Positions 42,427 through 52,775 of a stretch of DNA of 64,000 nt are shown here, piece by piece; the first letter of the stretch is position 1, and each line of letters opens with the position of its first letter. The DNA lies in contig JBEKQS010000002.1 in the NCBI GenBank assembly GCA_049519475.1, positions 4,293-68,292 on the forward strand, written 5' to 3'. This stretch comes from Bryobacteraceae bacterium. GTDB taxonomy: Bacteria; Acidobacteriota; Terriglobia; Bryobacterales; Bryobacteraceae. The notes beneath the pieces were generated by a model. It made no database searches. It was not told where the DNA came from and saw only the letters and a list, made by a program, of their open reading frames with translations. Made by a program: the position numbers and the translations under genes.

Positions 42427-43743
42427 TTGAATCCGTCTCGCGCATTGTTCACCCTGGTTTTGGTCCTGCCCGCTTTCGGCCAGTACGCCGGCCCCGCCAT
42501 CCTCTCGCGCGGCGACGCCCCAGCCGCCATGGAAGCGCCCCAAATCAGATTCCAACCCTTCCTGTCGGTCAGCGCCTCCTATACCACGGGTCTTTCCGGC
42601 GTCACCGTCGATCCGCAGGGCAACCTCGCCAACGCCAGTGCTTATGGAGTCACGATCTCGGGCGGCATTAGCGGATCCCATAGTTGGCGGCATACCCATA
42701 TCGGCCTCGACTACCACGGCAGCTACATGTTCTATCCCGGCGACTCCCACTACAACTCGCTCAACCAGGCACTGGGTTTCGGTCTCTCTCACCAGGTCAC
42801 CCGCCACATCAAGTTCAGCCTGCGGCAAGCCCTCGGCTGGTTCTCATTCAACAATCCGAACGTTGGGCTCACCCAAACCGTGCCCTTCGATCCCTCCCAA
42901 AGCGGCATCCCCAACAGCGACTTCTACTACACCCGCACGATTTATTCGTCGACCCAGGCCGACCTGGTCATTCAAAAATCCTCGCGCCTCTCCTTCGATC
43001 TAGGCGGCGGTCTCTTCATCAACCGCTACGCCTCTACGGCGCTGTATGGAGTTACCGGCGAAGACGCCACGGGCGATCTCCAATACCGGCTCTCCCGGCG
43101 AGCCACGATTGGGGCCAGCTATTCCTTCACCCACTACTCCTTCACCGGCATCCTCTCCTCGAGCGACATTCACGGCGCCGCCCTCACCTACGCGGTGCGC
43201 ATCTCCCGCACGGTGGAGTTTTCCGGTTACGCCGGATTCATGCACGCCGAAACCAAATTCATCCAGAGCGTGCCGGTCGATCCCAACGTGACCGCCCTGC
43301 TCGGTATCACCAGCACCACCGCGCTGGCTTATCACGTCAACTGGGTTCCCAATTTTTCCGGGCGGCTGTCCAAAACCTTTGCCCGCGGGGTGGTCTATGC
43401 CGCCGGTGGAGAAACCGTCAGCCCCGGCAACGGTATTTTTCTCACATCCCGCACCGATAGCCTCACGGGCGGATACGGATACACCGGCCTGCGCCGCTGG
43501 AGCCTGGGAGTGGCCGCCGCGTACACTTCCGCCCTTTCCATCGGCAACGTGACTGGAAATTATGGCGGCATCAACGGCTCGTTCAGCATGAGCCGCTCGC
43601 TCGGCCACTCCCTCAGTTTTGTCACCAGCTACATGGCCACCCAATACCGCAGCAGCAACTTCACCCGCTACAATCGCTTGATCTACACCGGGTCGGTCGG
43701 CGTCGGCTGGTCCCCGGGCGACATCCCCTTGCGTATCTGGTAG
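42427..43743 (+). CDS. Outer-membrane beta-barrel protein (hypothetical)
   Basis: TTG start with a GGAGGA RBS and a signal peptide (LFTLVLVLPAFGQ). Alternating beta-strand pattern throughout. C-terminus is ...GDIPLRIW (terminal aromatic). Confidence 0.72.
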   Translation: MNPSRALFTLVLVLPAFGQYAGPAILSRGDAPAAMEAPQIRFQPFLSVSASYTTGLSGVTVDPQGNLANASAYGVTISGGISGSHSWRHTHIGLDYHGSYMFYPGDSHYNSLNQALGFGLSHQVTRHIKFSLRQALGWFSFNNPNVGLTQTVPFDPSQSGIPNSDFYYTRTIYSSTQADLVIQKSSRLSFDLGGGLFINRYASTALYGVTGEDATGDLQYRLSRRATIGASYSFTHYSFTGILSSSDIHGAALTYAVRISRTVEFSGYAGFMHAETKFIQSVPVDPNVTALLGITSTTALAYHVNWVPNFSGRLSKTFARGVVYAAGGETVSPGNGIFLTSRTDSLTGGYGYTGLRRWSLGVAAAYTSALSIGNVTGNYGGINGSFSMSRSLGHSLSFVTSYMATQYRSSNFTRYNRLIYTGSVGVGWSPGDIPLRIW

Positions 43744-44474
43744 CCGCTGGCGGAGGGGCAGAATGTCCGTTTTCTCATGAACCGGTACCGCAGCAGGGTC
43801 CAGAGCGCCTGGAAGCCGTCTCTCGCGCGGATCTTCTTGCCATCCGCGATGCGCCGCGGGTTGTATGAAATGGGCACTTCGTGTATGCGGCAGCCCAGAC
43901 GCCGCAGCTTGGCCGTGACCTCCGGGCAGAACTCGAAGCGCACGCACTCGAGGCGCACCAGCCGCACCACGCTGGCGCGAAATGCCTTATAGGCGGTTGC
44001 CTCATCCGTGATTGCGGCGCGGTACAGGAGGTTGGCCGCCAGCGTCAAGACCCGGTTGGCCAAGCGGTTCCGCCACTTCATCCCCGCCCAATTCCGCGAC
44101 CCGTACACCACGTCGGCCCGTCCGTCCACAATCGGCTGGAGCAGCAGCACGTAGTCGTTGGGATCGTATTCCAGGTCCCCATCCTGCACCAACACGATGT
44201 CGCCGGTGGCTTTGGCGAGAGCGATGCGCAGGGCCGCTCCCTTGCCGCGGTTGGCGCCCGCGTGGTGGACCACCACCAACCGGGAGCCGGCATATCGCTC
44301 CAGCAAGGCCGCGCTGCCGTCGGTGGAACCATCGTTCACCACGATGATTTCCTTCTCGCAGCCCGGCGGCAGCTCCGCGCGGATCACCCGCTCCAGCACG
44401 GGGAGCAGCGTGGGAAATTCGTTGTACACCGGAATGAGGATCGAAACCCGCAAGCGGCCTTCCCTGTCCGCCAT
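43683..44474 (-). CDS. Family 2 glycosyltransferase (dolichyl/polyprenyl-phosphate sugar synthase-like)
   Basis: VSILIPVYNEFPTLLPVL...IIVVNDGSTDGS...VQDGDLEYDP...TDEATAYKAF. The last 20 or so codons overlap the convergent barrel gene. Confidence 0.85.
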   Translation of the reverse strand: MADREGRLRVSILIPVYNEFPTLLPVLERVIRAELPPGCEKEIIVVNDGSTDGSAALLERYAGSRLVVVHHAGANRGKGAALRIALAKATGDIVLVQDGDLEYDPNDYVLLLQPIVDGRADVVYGSRNWAGMKWRNRLANRVLTLAANLLYRAAITDEATAYKAFRASVVRLVRLECVRFEFCPEVTAKLRRLGCRIHEVPISYNPRRIADGKKIRARDGFQALWTLLRYRFMRKRTFCPSASGYQIRKGMSPGDQPTPTDPV

Positions 44475-44475
44475 T

Positions 44476-45210
44476 CTACTTCCTCAGCACCGCCAGCAGC
44501 GACTGGCCGAACGGCGGCGGCATAGCGGCTTCCAGGCGCTCCGCGAGCGGCGCCACCAACCGGTCGAACACCGCAATCTGCGCGTCCGACTGCGCCTGGC
44601 GCTTCCATACATGCGCATTCATCCACCACCCCGCCAGGCCGATCGAGTTCACGTAGTGCGCCTTCCGCACCTGGAGACCGGCCTGTTCGGCCAGCCGCGC
44701 GATCCCGCCGCGGCGGTACCGCCGGTAGTGTCCCAGGTTCCGGTCGATGGGCCCATACAACGCCTCAAATGCCGGAACCAGCAGCACAATCACTCCACCG
44801 GGCGCCAGGATCGACGCCATGGCACCGAGCGCTCCGCCGTCGTCCTCAATATGTTCCAGCACGTTCACGCACACGCACGAATCCGGCCGGAACTTCGCCA
44901 GCTCGCGAAACTCCGGCCGGTCCGTGTCACACACCAGGGTTTGCAGATTGTCGCGCGGGCCGTAGCGCTCCCGCAGCCGTTCCACGCAGGCCGCCTCCGG
45001 ATCCAGCGCGATAATCAACTCGCGATCCAGCAATAGGCCGGTGAGGTTGCCGATGCCGCATCCTATCTCGACCACGCGCTGCCCCGCTTCCCGCAGCACC
45101 AGCCGGCTTTGCCAGGCAAAGTAGGCCTTCGCCCGCGTCATCTGGCGCTGGTCTTCGAGAGTAAAGGCCGTGGATGGCTGCGGCACTTGCCGGCGCGGCG
45201 GGGATTTCAC
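44476..45210 (-). CDS. Class I SAM-dependent methyltransferase
   Basis: VVEIGCGIGNLTGLLL (motif I), VNVLEHIEDD, GGVIVLLVPA. Stop and start are adjacent to the GT2 gene. Confidence 0.82.
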   Translation of the reverse strand: MKSPPRRQVPQPSTAFTLEDQRQMTRAKAYFAWQSRLVLREAGQRVVEIGCGIGNLTGLLLDRELIIALDPEAACVERLRERYGPRDNLQTLVCDTDRPEFRELAKFRPDSCVCVNVLEHIEDDGGALGAMASILAPGGVIVLLVPAFEALYGPIDRNLGHYRRYRRGGIARLAEQAGLQVRKAHYVNSIGLAGWWMNAHVWKRQAQSDAQIAVFDRLVAPLAERLEAAMPPPFGQSLLAVLRK

Positions 45211-45320
45211 CTAACCGCAGTTTCCCACGGCGCGGAACCTGGCGTATGGCGTCATCTACGATCTTTCGCCCTTGCGGGCTAGCGGGCGGCTGCGGCCAGG
45301 ATTGGCCGCCCCACATGCCC

Positions 45321-46175
45321 TCACGGCTTCAGCCGGTACCAGGCTTCCACAGCGTCCCCATAAACCTGCTCCGCATGCGACTTGGTCCATTCGTCGTATA
45401 CCGGAAGGTATTGCGAGGGGCTGGTCACGCGGCGCGCGTGCAGGCCCGCGAGGCCGCCTCCGTACGCCTTCTTCCAGACCACCGCCCGGTCGCGGGTGCG
45501 CACCAGTTGCGCCTCGACCGTCAGGCTCAGGTTGTCATACGTTTCCTGAGGCACACACGCCGCCACCGGCTTGACTTCCAGGGCGAGCACTGCGTCGGCG
45601 TCCTGAAACGCGTCGTCGTCCGGAACCTTGGCCACGCCGTGGGATTCCGCCCGCACGATCTCCATCAGCCCCTTGCCCGACGACGCAGCGAATCTCCGGA
45701 AATCCACCAGCGCGATGGCGTCCAACTGGATTCCGCCGATCTGCTGCACCAGTTGCTCCGGACGCAGGAAGCAGGAACTGTACAGGCCCGCGGCGCTCCA
45801 TGCGGTTGCGACCACCCAGTGAGGCCGCGGCGGCTGCGGAAGAGCGGTCAAGACTTCATCGATCCCCGCGCGCGGACCCGTGGACGAAAACACCGCCAGG
45901 CCGTACGCGGTGTAGCCGCGCGCATCGCGATCGTCCGCCGAAGCGCCTTTCTCCAGCAGCGCGCGCACGGTCTCGGCATGGCCGTGCTGGGCCGCCAGCA
46001 TCAGCGCGGTCCGCCCATTCTTGTCTTTGGCGCCCAGGCTGGCGCCCTTCGCCAGCAACTGCTCCACCTTGGCCGTTAAGCCCTTGGCCGCCGCATCCAA
46101 CAGTTCCGTTCCGGAGTCCGCCGACGCCCACACGGCCGCCAGCGCCAGGCCGAGCGTTATCGCCATGGTTCGCAT
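45321..46175 (-). CDS. Secreted ankyrin-repeat protein with uncharacterised C-terminal domain
   Basis: Signal peptide (LGLALAAVWASA). Ankyrin repeats (LLDAAAKGLTAKVEQLLAKGASLGAKDKNGRTALMLAAQHGHAETVRALLEKGASADDRD). Confidence 0.75.
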   Translation of the reverse strand: MRTMAITLGLALAAVWASADSGTELLDAAAKGLTAKVEQLLAKGASLGAKDKNGRTALMLAAQHGHAETVRALLEKGASADDRDARGYTAYGLAVFSSTGPRAGIDEVLTALPQPPRPHWVVATAWSAAGLYSSCFLRPEQLVQQIGGIQLDAIALVDFRRFAASSGKGLMEIVRAESHGVAKVPDDDAFQDADAVLALEVKPVAACVPQETYDNLSLTVEAQLVRTRDRAVVWKKAYGGGLAGLHARRVTSPSQYLPVYDEWTKSHAEQVYGDAVEAWYRLKP

Positions 46176-46180
46176 ATTTA

Positions 46181-46252
46181 GTACACCGTTCCATCAATAC
46201 ATTGCCGTATTTGGCGAGGATCGCTCCCTCACGGTCGCGGCTCCGATCGGAG
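46181..46252. repeat. Dispersed repeat family 'GTACACCGTT...CTCCCTCACGGTCGCGGCTC', copy 1 (half element)
   Basis: About 85% identical over roughly 72 nt to 50214-50285. Confidence 0.8.
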
Positions 46253-46255
46253 GAC

Positions 46256-47818
46256 TTAGTGCCCCACTCCGCTACTCCGCGAATACTTCGGCCTCTTCAT
46301 CACCAGCAGCAGCGGCAGCATCAGCATAAAGACTACCGCCATTGCGAGGAACGTATCCACAAACGCCTGCATCGACGCCTGCCTCTGGATCATGCCCCAA
46401 ATCGAGACATAGGCCTGCCGCGACGCCGTCACCGGGTCGGAGCCGTGCGTCATCATGGCGCCTTCGATCGACTTGGTCAGCACCCTGGTCGCCGGGTCGA
46501 GTGCGGTCACGCGCGCTCCCAGCAGGTGGGTGTGCAATTGTTGCCGCCGAAACAAATAGGTGGTGGCCGCGGCGATCCCGAAGCTGCCCCCCAGGTTGCG
46601 CATCAGGTTGAACATGCTGGTGGCGTTGCCCATCTCTTCTTTGGGGATCGGGTCCATGGTGGCCGTGGTGAGCGGCACGAACAGCATCGCCAGACAGGCC
46701 CCCTGGATAAACTGGGGCCAGAAAATGTCCCAGTAGCCCGCCTGCAGGTTCAACCGCGAGAGCGCATACAGCGACCAAGACGCCCCCACCAGCCCGGCTG
46801 CCAGCACTTTCCGCGGGTCGAAGCGCCCCATCACGGTTCCCACCACCGGCATCATGAGGAACGAGCCCAGCCCGCGCGGGGCCATCGCGATGCCTGCGTC
46901 CAGCGCCGGGTATCCCAGCAGCGTTTGCAGGAAAATCGGCACCAGCAGCAGGCTTCCGTACAGCACGAATCCCAGCACGGTCATCAGAAACACACCGGCG
47001 CTGTACGTCCGATTCTTGAAAACTTGCAGGTGCACCACGGGATCGCGCGCGCGCAATTCCCGGATCACAAACGCCGCCAGCCCGAGCGCTGCCACCAGTC
47101 CGAGCAGCGTCATCCAGTGCGATTGGAACCAGTCGTCTTCCTGGCCTTTGTCCAGCAAGATCTGCAACGCGCCGACGCCCACCGCCAGCAGCCCGATGCC
47201 CCAGTAGTCGATGCCCCGGTCGCCGCGCTTGATGTAGGGCGGATCGAAAATAAACCAGCGCGTCATCAGTATCGACATCAACCCTATCGGCAGGTTGATG
47301 TAGAAGACCCACCGCCAGCTATAGTTGTCCGTCAGCCACCCGCCGATCACCGGGCCCAGCATCGGCGCCACCACGATTCCCAGCCCCCAGAACGCCATGG
47401 CCTTGCCGCGGTCGTGCGGCGGAAAGGCCTCCAGCATGACCGCCTGCGAGAGCGGTTGCAGCGCCCCGCCGGTGGCGCCCTGGATCACACGGAACAAGAT
47501 GAGGATGGGCAAGGTAGGCGCGAGGCCGCAGAAGAAGCTGGCGGTGGTAAACCCGAACACCGCCGCCATCAGCATGCGTTTCCGCCCGAAGAAGTTGGCC
47601 AGCCAGCCGGTCATCGGCAGAATGATGGCGTTGGCCACCAGATACGATGTCAGGGCCCAGGCCGCCTCATCCACGCTCACCGAAAGGCTGCCCGCGATAT
47701 GCGGCAGCGACACGTTCACCACGGTGGTGTCCAGCACTTCCATGAACGTGGCAAACATTACCGCTGTCGCGACAATCCACGGATTGACGGTCGGGTGCGG
47801 TGGTTCCGGCGCGGGCAA
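46256..47818 (-). CDS. MFS transporter, DHA2 (EmrB/QacA, 14-TMS) drug:H+ antiporter family
   Basis: VMFATFMEVLDTTVVNVSLPHIAGSL..., ANFFGRKRML..., and many TM helices. I prefer the TTG start at 47818 because GGAGGGG lies 7 nt upstream. The track ORF extends to 47971. Confidence 0.85.
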   Translation of the reverse strand: MPAPEPPHPTVNPWIVATAVMFATFMEVLDTTVVNVSLPHIAGSLSVSVDEAAWALTSYLVANAIILPMTGWLANFFGRKRMLMAAVFGFTTASFFCGLAPTLPILILFRVIQGATGGALQPLSQAVMLEAFPPHDRGKAMAFWGLGIVVAPMLGPVIGGWLTDNYSWRWVFYINLPIGLMSILMTRWFIFDPPYIKRGDRGIDYWGIGLLAVGVGALQILLDKGQEDDWFQSHWMTLLGLVAALGLAAFVIRELRARDPVVHLQVFKNRTYSAGVFLMTVLGFVLYGSLLLVPIFLQTLLGYPALDAGIAMAPRGLGSFLMMPVVGTVMGRFDPRKVLAAGLVGASWSLYALSRLNLQAGYWDIFWPQFIQGACLAMLFVPLTTATMDPIPKEEMGNATSMFNLMRNLGGSFGIAAATTYLFRRQQLHTHLLGARVTALDPATRVLTKSIEGAMMTHGSDPVTASRQAYVSIWGMIQRQASMQAFVDTFLAMAVVFMLMLPLLLVMKRPKYSRSSGVGH

Positions 47819-47941
47819 ATGAAAACCCCTCCGCTCTTCATGATGCCGCAAACCCGGCCTGCGTCGCGCAACTGCCCAAAATCTCGTATATACTAGGCGT
47901 GATTCGCCGCCGGCCACGAGCTGCGGCAGGAGCAAACTATA

Positions 47942-48364
47942 ATGACAACGGTTCCAGCCTTGCTGTTGCAACAGGATTTGGGTAACGGCCCGAGCGCGGC
48001 TCTTCTAGGAATGGGGCTCATTTTCTTCCTGGTGGGGATGGTCGTCGCGGTGGTGTTCATCATCGGCATGTGGAAGGTATTCACCAAAGCCGGCCAACCC
48101 GGATGGGCGATTCTGATTCCCTTCTATAGCATCTATATCCTCTTGAAAGTCGCCGGCCGTCCCGGCTGGTGGCTGATTCTCTTATGCATCCCCCTGGTCA
48201 ACATCGTATTCGCCATCCTGGTGGCCATCGATGTCGCCAAGTCCTTTGGCCAGAGCGCCGCTTTCGGCGTCATCCTGCTATTCCTGCTGGCTGGCATCGG
48301 TTATCTGATGCTCGGTTTTGGAAACTACAAATATGTCGGACCGGCGGCGTTGGCCAGGCAATAG
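47942..48364 (+). CDS. DUF5684-like small membrane protein
   Basis: [61 protein letters not shown] is the characteristic motif. Confidence 0.75.
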   Translation: MTTVPALLLQQDLGNGPSAALLGMGLIFFLVGMVVAVVFIIGMWKVFTKAGQPGWAILIPFYSIYILLKVAGRPGWWLILLCIPLVNIVFAILVAIDVAKSFGQSAAFGVILLFLLAGIGYLMLGFGNYKYVGPAALARQ

Positions 48365-48395
48365 CCCGCGCCCGGCGGAGAAACGAAATTTGCCG

Positions 48396-50187
48396 ATGCA
48401 AACGAATAGGTTGATCCGCCGCTCTTACCTTCTGGCCGCTGTCCTGGCTCTCGGCATCTTCGCCCTGATCTTCACCGCCCACGCCCAGCAGCGCAGCGGC
48501 GTCACCAAGGAACAGCTCGCCAAGCGCTCGACCACCGAGCAGGAACTGGAATCCGTGGCCATCATCGAACGCAAAGTGATGGTCCCGATGCGCGATGGCA
48601 AACGCATGGCCACCGACATCTACCGCCCCAAGGACGCGTCGAAGAAGTACCCCATCATCTTCGTGCGCACGCCCTACAACTTCAATTTCTGGGACGTCCG
48701 CAACGGCGCGCCGCGCGATATGGCCACCGAACTGGCCGCCGTCAAGCGTGGCTACGCTTACGTGGAAATGAACGAGCGCGGTCATTTCTTCTCCGAGGGC
48801 ATCTACGACATCCTGGGCGCGCCGCTCACCGACGGCGCCGACGCCATTACGTGGATGTCGTCGCGCCCCTGGTCCAACGGCAAGGTGGGCACCATCGGCT
48901 GCTCCTCCACCGCCGAATGGCAACTGGGCGTGGCCGCGCAGGGCAATCCGGCGTTCGCCGCCATGATCCCGCAGGGCTTCGGCGCGGGCGTGGGCCGCGT
49001 GGCGCCCTACTTCGAGCAGGGCAACTGGTATCGCGGCGGCGCCGTACAGATGCTCTTCATTTCCTGGATCTACGGCGAGCAGAACCAGGTGCGGCCCATG
49101 TTCCCGCCCAATGCCTCTCAGGAAGATCTCATCCGCGCCTCCAAAATGTTCGACCTCGCGCCCCAGATGCCGCCGGTCGATTGGTCGCAGGCCCTCACGC
49201 ACCTGCCGGAAATGGACATCATGAACGCCGTCGACGGGCCGCACGGCATTTTCGCGGACCGCGCCGAAGTCTCCACCGGCGGCGCCATGATCAAGCGCGC
49301 TCCCAACGATGCGGCCTGGTATCGCGGCGGCCTCTGGCACGACAACATGACCATCAACGTCCCGGGGTTCTGGTTCATGTCCTGGTACGACGTCTCGGTG
49401 GGCCCGAACCTGGCGGCTTATAACCATGTCCGCAAGACCGCCCGCCCCGAGATCGCGAGCGAGCAGTATGCCGTGATCGCTCCCACGCTGCATTGCGGCT
49501 ACAAGCGCGCCACCGAAAACACGGTGGTGGGCGAGCGCAGCATGGGCGATGCGCGCCTGGATTACGACGAGCTCACCTATGGCTGGTTCGACCATTTCCT
49601 GAAGGGCGAAGACAACGGAATCCTGCAGAAGATGCCGCGCGTTCGCTACTTCACCATGGGGATCAACAAGTGGCAGTCCGCCGACATGTGGCCGCCCGCC
49701 GGCGCCCAGCCCATGACGCTCTACCTTTCGAGCGGCGGCAAGGCCAACAGCCTGAGCGGCGATGGCGCGCTCTCTGCCGCGGCGCCTTCCGCCGACCGCC
49801 CCGACGCTCTCACTTACGATCCCATGCGCCAAAGATACCGACTTCACCGTGAAGTTGATCGACGTCTACCCCGACGGCACGGCCTACAACCTCGACGAGA
49901 CCATCCAGCGCCTGCGCTATCGCAACGGATACGACAAGCCGCTGGCCTGGCTGGAGTCCGGCAAGGTATATAAGGTTGTGCTCCAGCCCATGACCACCAG
50001 CAACTACTTCCCCGCCGGCCACCGCATCCGGATCGAAATATCGAGCAGCAACTTCCCGCGTTTCGACCGCAACCTCAACACCGGCGGCAACAACTACGAT
50101 GAGGCCAAAGGCGTGGTAGCGCACAACGCCGTCCACCATTCCACGGAGTACGCTTCGGCCGTGACGCTTACGGTGGTGAAGCGTTAG
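48396..50187 (+). pseudogene. CocE/NonD family (S15 X-Pro dipeptidyl-peptidase-like) hydrolase with internal deletion and frameshift near 49826-49836
   Basis: Signal peptide, then ...[15 protein letters not shown]...[10 protein letters not shown]...[12 protein letters not shown].... Frame A reads ...ALTYDPM and then nonsense. Frame B resumes directly at [35 protein letters not shown]...[21 protein letters not shown]. The segment normally found between the 'YDP' and 'DTDF' motifs is absent. Confidence 0.62.
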
Positions 50188-50213
50188 ACGGTACTCCTGA
50201 AATCAGGGACTAA

Positions 50214-50321
50214 GTACACCGTTTCATCAATGCGCTCTCGTATTCTGCGAAGAACGCTCCCTCACGGTCGCGGCTCTGATCGGAGCCGCGCGCGTAAGCA
50301 AGCGTTCTGCAATACGTGAGC
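50214..50321. repeat. Dispersed repeat family 'GTACACCGTT...CTCCCTCACGGTCGCGGCTC', copy 2 (full palindromic element)
   Basis: Shares the copy 1 sequence. It also carries a right arm AGCGTTCTGCAATACGTGAGCG, a near reverse complement of the internal CGCTCTCGTATTCTGCGAAGAACGCT. Confidence 0.8.
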
Positions 50322-50381
50322 GAACTTCTGAACCACGCACTACGGCAGCGATTCCGCCGATTCGTGAGAGAATGAGCGTCG

Positions 50382-51095
50382 GTGGTTCACCCGCCTGAGC
50401 TGCAGTCCGCGAATATCATGGCGCCGGTAAATCGCCGCACGGCGGCGATCGACCTTGCCATCGCGATTGCATTCTTTGCCGTTTGCGTCGCAGTCAATCC
50501 GGTGTTGGACCCGCTCTTGCGGCACGGCCGCGGCCTGGTTATGGTCTTTGCCGCCGCTACGTACCAGTTCATGTTTGAAGGCCTGGCGCTGCTTCTGATC
50601 ATGCTGATTCGGCACGAGCGCTTTTCCGACTACGGGTTCACCTGGCGCAACGCCGGCCAATCAGTTGCGCTGGCATTGGTATTGGCGGGGATTTACGACC
50701 TTGCCATGTCATGGCATGCCGGCGCGCTACTGTGGATTCCGCTGCGCCGGCAACCTGCGGTACGCATGTCACTGGCGGTTGGTTTTCCGCTGTCTCTGGT
50801 GGGGCTTGCCGTAACGGTTGCCGCATGGGGCTTTTTCGAAGCTTTCTTTGGAGTCTTCTTTGCGAGAAAACTGAACCAGGCACTCGGCCACAATGGACGC
50901 GGCTGGCTGTCCCCAGGGGTTGTTGGTTTCGCCCTTTTCAACGGATTGATCCATCTCACAGTCCACCAGGGCATTTCAGGTTTCATAGGAAGCTTTGCGT
51001 CCGGATACGCGATCGCCGTGATCCCTGGGGTGACGGAAAACGCCTGGGGAAGCGCACTGGTTCAAACTCTCACCAACGCAGTCGGAAAGCTCTAA
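50382..51095 (+). CDS. Polytopic membrane protein, weakly CPBP/CAAX-protease-like
   Basis: Six or so hydrophobic helices. GFFEAFFGVFFARK and FNGLIHL loosely resemble CPBP motifs. The start may be the ATG at 50418. Confidence 0.5.
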   Translation: MVHPPELQSANIMAPVNRRTAAIDLAIAIAFFAVCVAVNPVLDPLLRHGRGLVMVFAAATYQFMFEGLALLLIMLIRHERFSDYGFTWRNAGQSVALALVLAGIYDLAMSWHAGALLWIPLRRQPAVRMSLAVGFPLSLVGLAVTVAAWGFFEAFFGVFFARKLNQALGHNGRGWLSPGVVGFALFNGLIHLTVHQGISGFIGSFASGYAIAVIPGVTENAWGSALVQTLTNAVGKL

Positions 51096-51220
51096 GCAAC
51101 TCGTAACACGCGTCGCGGCGCCATCGCGTTGACACCACCCAGCAGCCCGGTTGACGGAACTTTCCGCGCGATGTTACTCTGAACCTCTAAAAGCGCCAGT
51201 TTCCTTCCGCAGAGAAGTTT

Positions 51221-51670
51221 ATGGGTGATACGTTCCACGCCTTGGGCCAAATACTGCTGAATGCCGTCCCAACGGTCATTCTGCTGCTGGTGCTCTATCT
51301 CTACGCGAAGTACATGTTCTTCAAACCGATGGGGAAGGTGCTGCGCCAGCGCTATGAGGCCACGGAAGGCTCGCGCAAAATGGCCGAAGAGGCCTTGGAG
51401 CGCGCCGCCGCCCGGACCGCGGAATACGAAGTCGCGCTGCGCGCCGCCCGCTCCGAGGTTTATCAGTCCCAGGAAGTGCTGCACCGGCAGTTGCAGGAGA
51501 GCGAAACCGCCCAATTGACCGTTGCCCGGCAGGCCGCCGACGCCGCGGTCGAAGAGTCGCGCGCACAACTGGCCAGCGACGTTGAGCAGGCCAAAGCCGC
51601 GCTCGGCCGCGAAAGCGACGCCCTGGCCGCCCAGATTACCGAATCCATTTTGCGGGGGACCGCCGCGTGA
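51221..51670 (+). CDS. atpF2: F-type ATP synthase subunit b' (second b-type stalk subunit)
   Basis: A single N-terminal TM (LLNAVPTVILLLVLYLYAKYMFFKPMGKVL) followed by a long charged helix. It is the first gene of the atp cluster. Confidence 0.75.
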   Translation: MGDTFHALGQILLNAVPTVILLLVLYLYAKYMFFKPMGKVLRQRYEATEGSRKMAEEALERAAARTAEYEVALRAARSEVYQSQEVLHRQLQESETAQLTVARQAADAAVEESRAQLASDVEQAKAALGRESDALAAQITESILRGTAA

Positions 51671-52212
51671 GATCGCTCGCCCGGTTCGTCACGCTGCTCT
51701 GTTCGAGCGCCGTGCTCTGTCTCGCCGAAGGCAGCGAGGCGGGCGGCGGCAATCTGCAGGGTTGGAAGTGGGCGAACTTCCTGCTGCTGGCCGCCGGCAT
51801 CGGCTACCTGATTGGAAAGAACGCCGGGCCCTTCTTCGCCGCGCGCTCGCAATCCATCTCCAAGGACATTTCCGAATCCGAGCAGATCCGCCGCGATGCC
51901 GAAGCACGGGCCGCCGAGGTGGACCGGCGCCTCGCCAACCTGGGGGTGGACATCGCCGCGCTGCGCGCCGAATCGCAGCGGGAAGCCCAGTCCGAAACCG
52001 AGCGCCTGGCCGCTCACGCCGCCGCTGAAATCGCTAAGATCCAGACCCACGCCACGCACGAAATCGCAGCCGCCCAAAAGGCCGCCCGCATGGATTTGCG
52101 GCGCTATTCCGGCGAACTGGCGGTCGAACTGGCCGAACAGAAAATCCGCGCCCGCATGACTCCGGCTACCCAGGATTACCTGGTGCGCGGGTTTGTGCGC
52201 GATCTCCGATGA
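51667..52212 (+). CDS. atpF: F-type ATP synthase subunit b
   Basis: TM ([23 protein letters not shown]) followed by a long E/A/R-rich helix. ATGA-type overlaps with its neighbours. Confidence 0.78.
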   Translation: MRSLARFVTLLCSSAVLCLAEGSEAGGGNLQGWKWANFLLLAAGIGYLIGKNAGPFFAARSQSISKDISESEQIRRDAEARAAEVDRRLANLGVDIAALRAESQREAQSETERLAAHAAAEIAKIQTHATHEIAAAQKAARMDLRRYSGELAVELAEQKIRARMTPATQDYLVRGFVRDLR

Positions 52213-52763
52213 CCAACTCCGCCGTAGCCTCGCGTTACGCCAACGCCATGGCGGATGTGGTGACCTCCGCGTCGTCTCCCTTGCGGCCCGAAATCGCCCT
52301 GGCCGAATTGCAGGCTTTCGAAACCACCCTGCGCTATTCCCCCGAGTTGCAAAATGCGCTCATCACGCCGGCGGTGCCGGCCGGCCGGAAGAAGGCCGTG
52401 GTCAACCGCATCGCCGATGCGCTCCAGCTTTCGCGCATCCCGCGCAATCTTCTATTTGTCTTGATCGATCATCGGCGCATCGCCTCGCTCGCCGGCATCA
52501 TCCAAACTCTTGAGGTGGTGCTCGATGAGCGCCTGGGCTTCGCCCGCGCGGAAGTCTCTTCGCCGCGCGAACTCACCGGCGAGCAGCGCGCCGCGCTCAA
52601 CAGCCGGCTGGAACAACTGACCGGCAAGCGTATCCGCATGCGCTTCGCCGTGGACGATTCTCTGATCGGCGGCGTGGTGGCCCGGATTGGTTCCACGGTC
52701 TACGACGGCTCGGTTCGCGGCGAACTGGCTGCTCTGGAACGCCGCCTGTGTGCGGAAAGTTAA
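52209..52763 (+). CDS. atpH: F-type ATP synthase subunit delta (OSCP)
   Basis: [13 protein letters not shown]...[28 protein letters not shown]. Confidence 0.88.
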   Translation: MTNSAVASRYANAMADVVTSASSPLRPEIALAELQAFETTLRYSPELQNALITPAVPAGRKKAVVNRIADALQLSRIPRNLLFVLIDHRRIASLAGIIQTLEVVLDERLGFARAEVSSPRELTGEQRAALNSRLEQLTGKRIRMRFAVDDSLIGGVVARIGSTVYDGSVRGELAALERRLCAES

Positions 52764-52775
52764 TCGGAAGGATTT

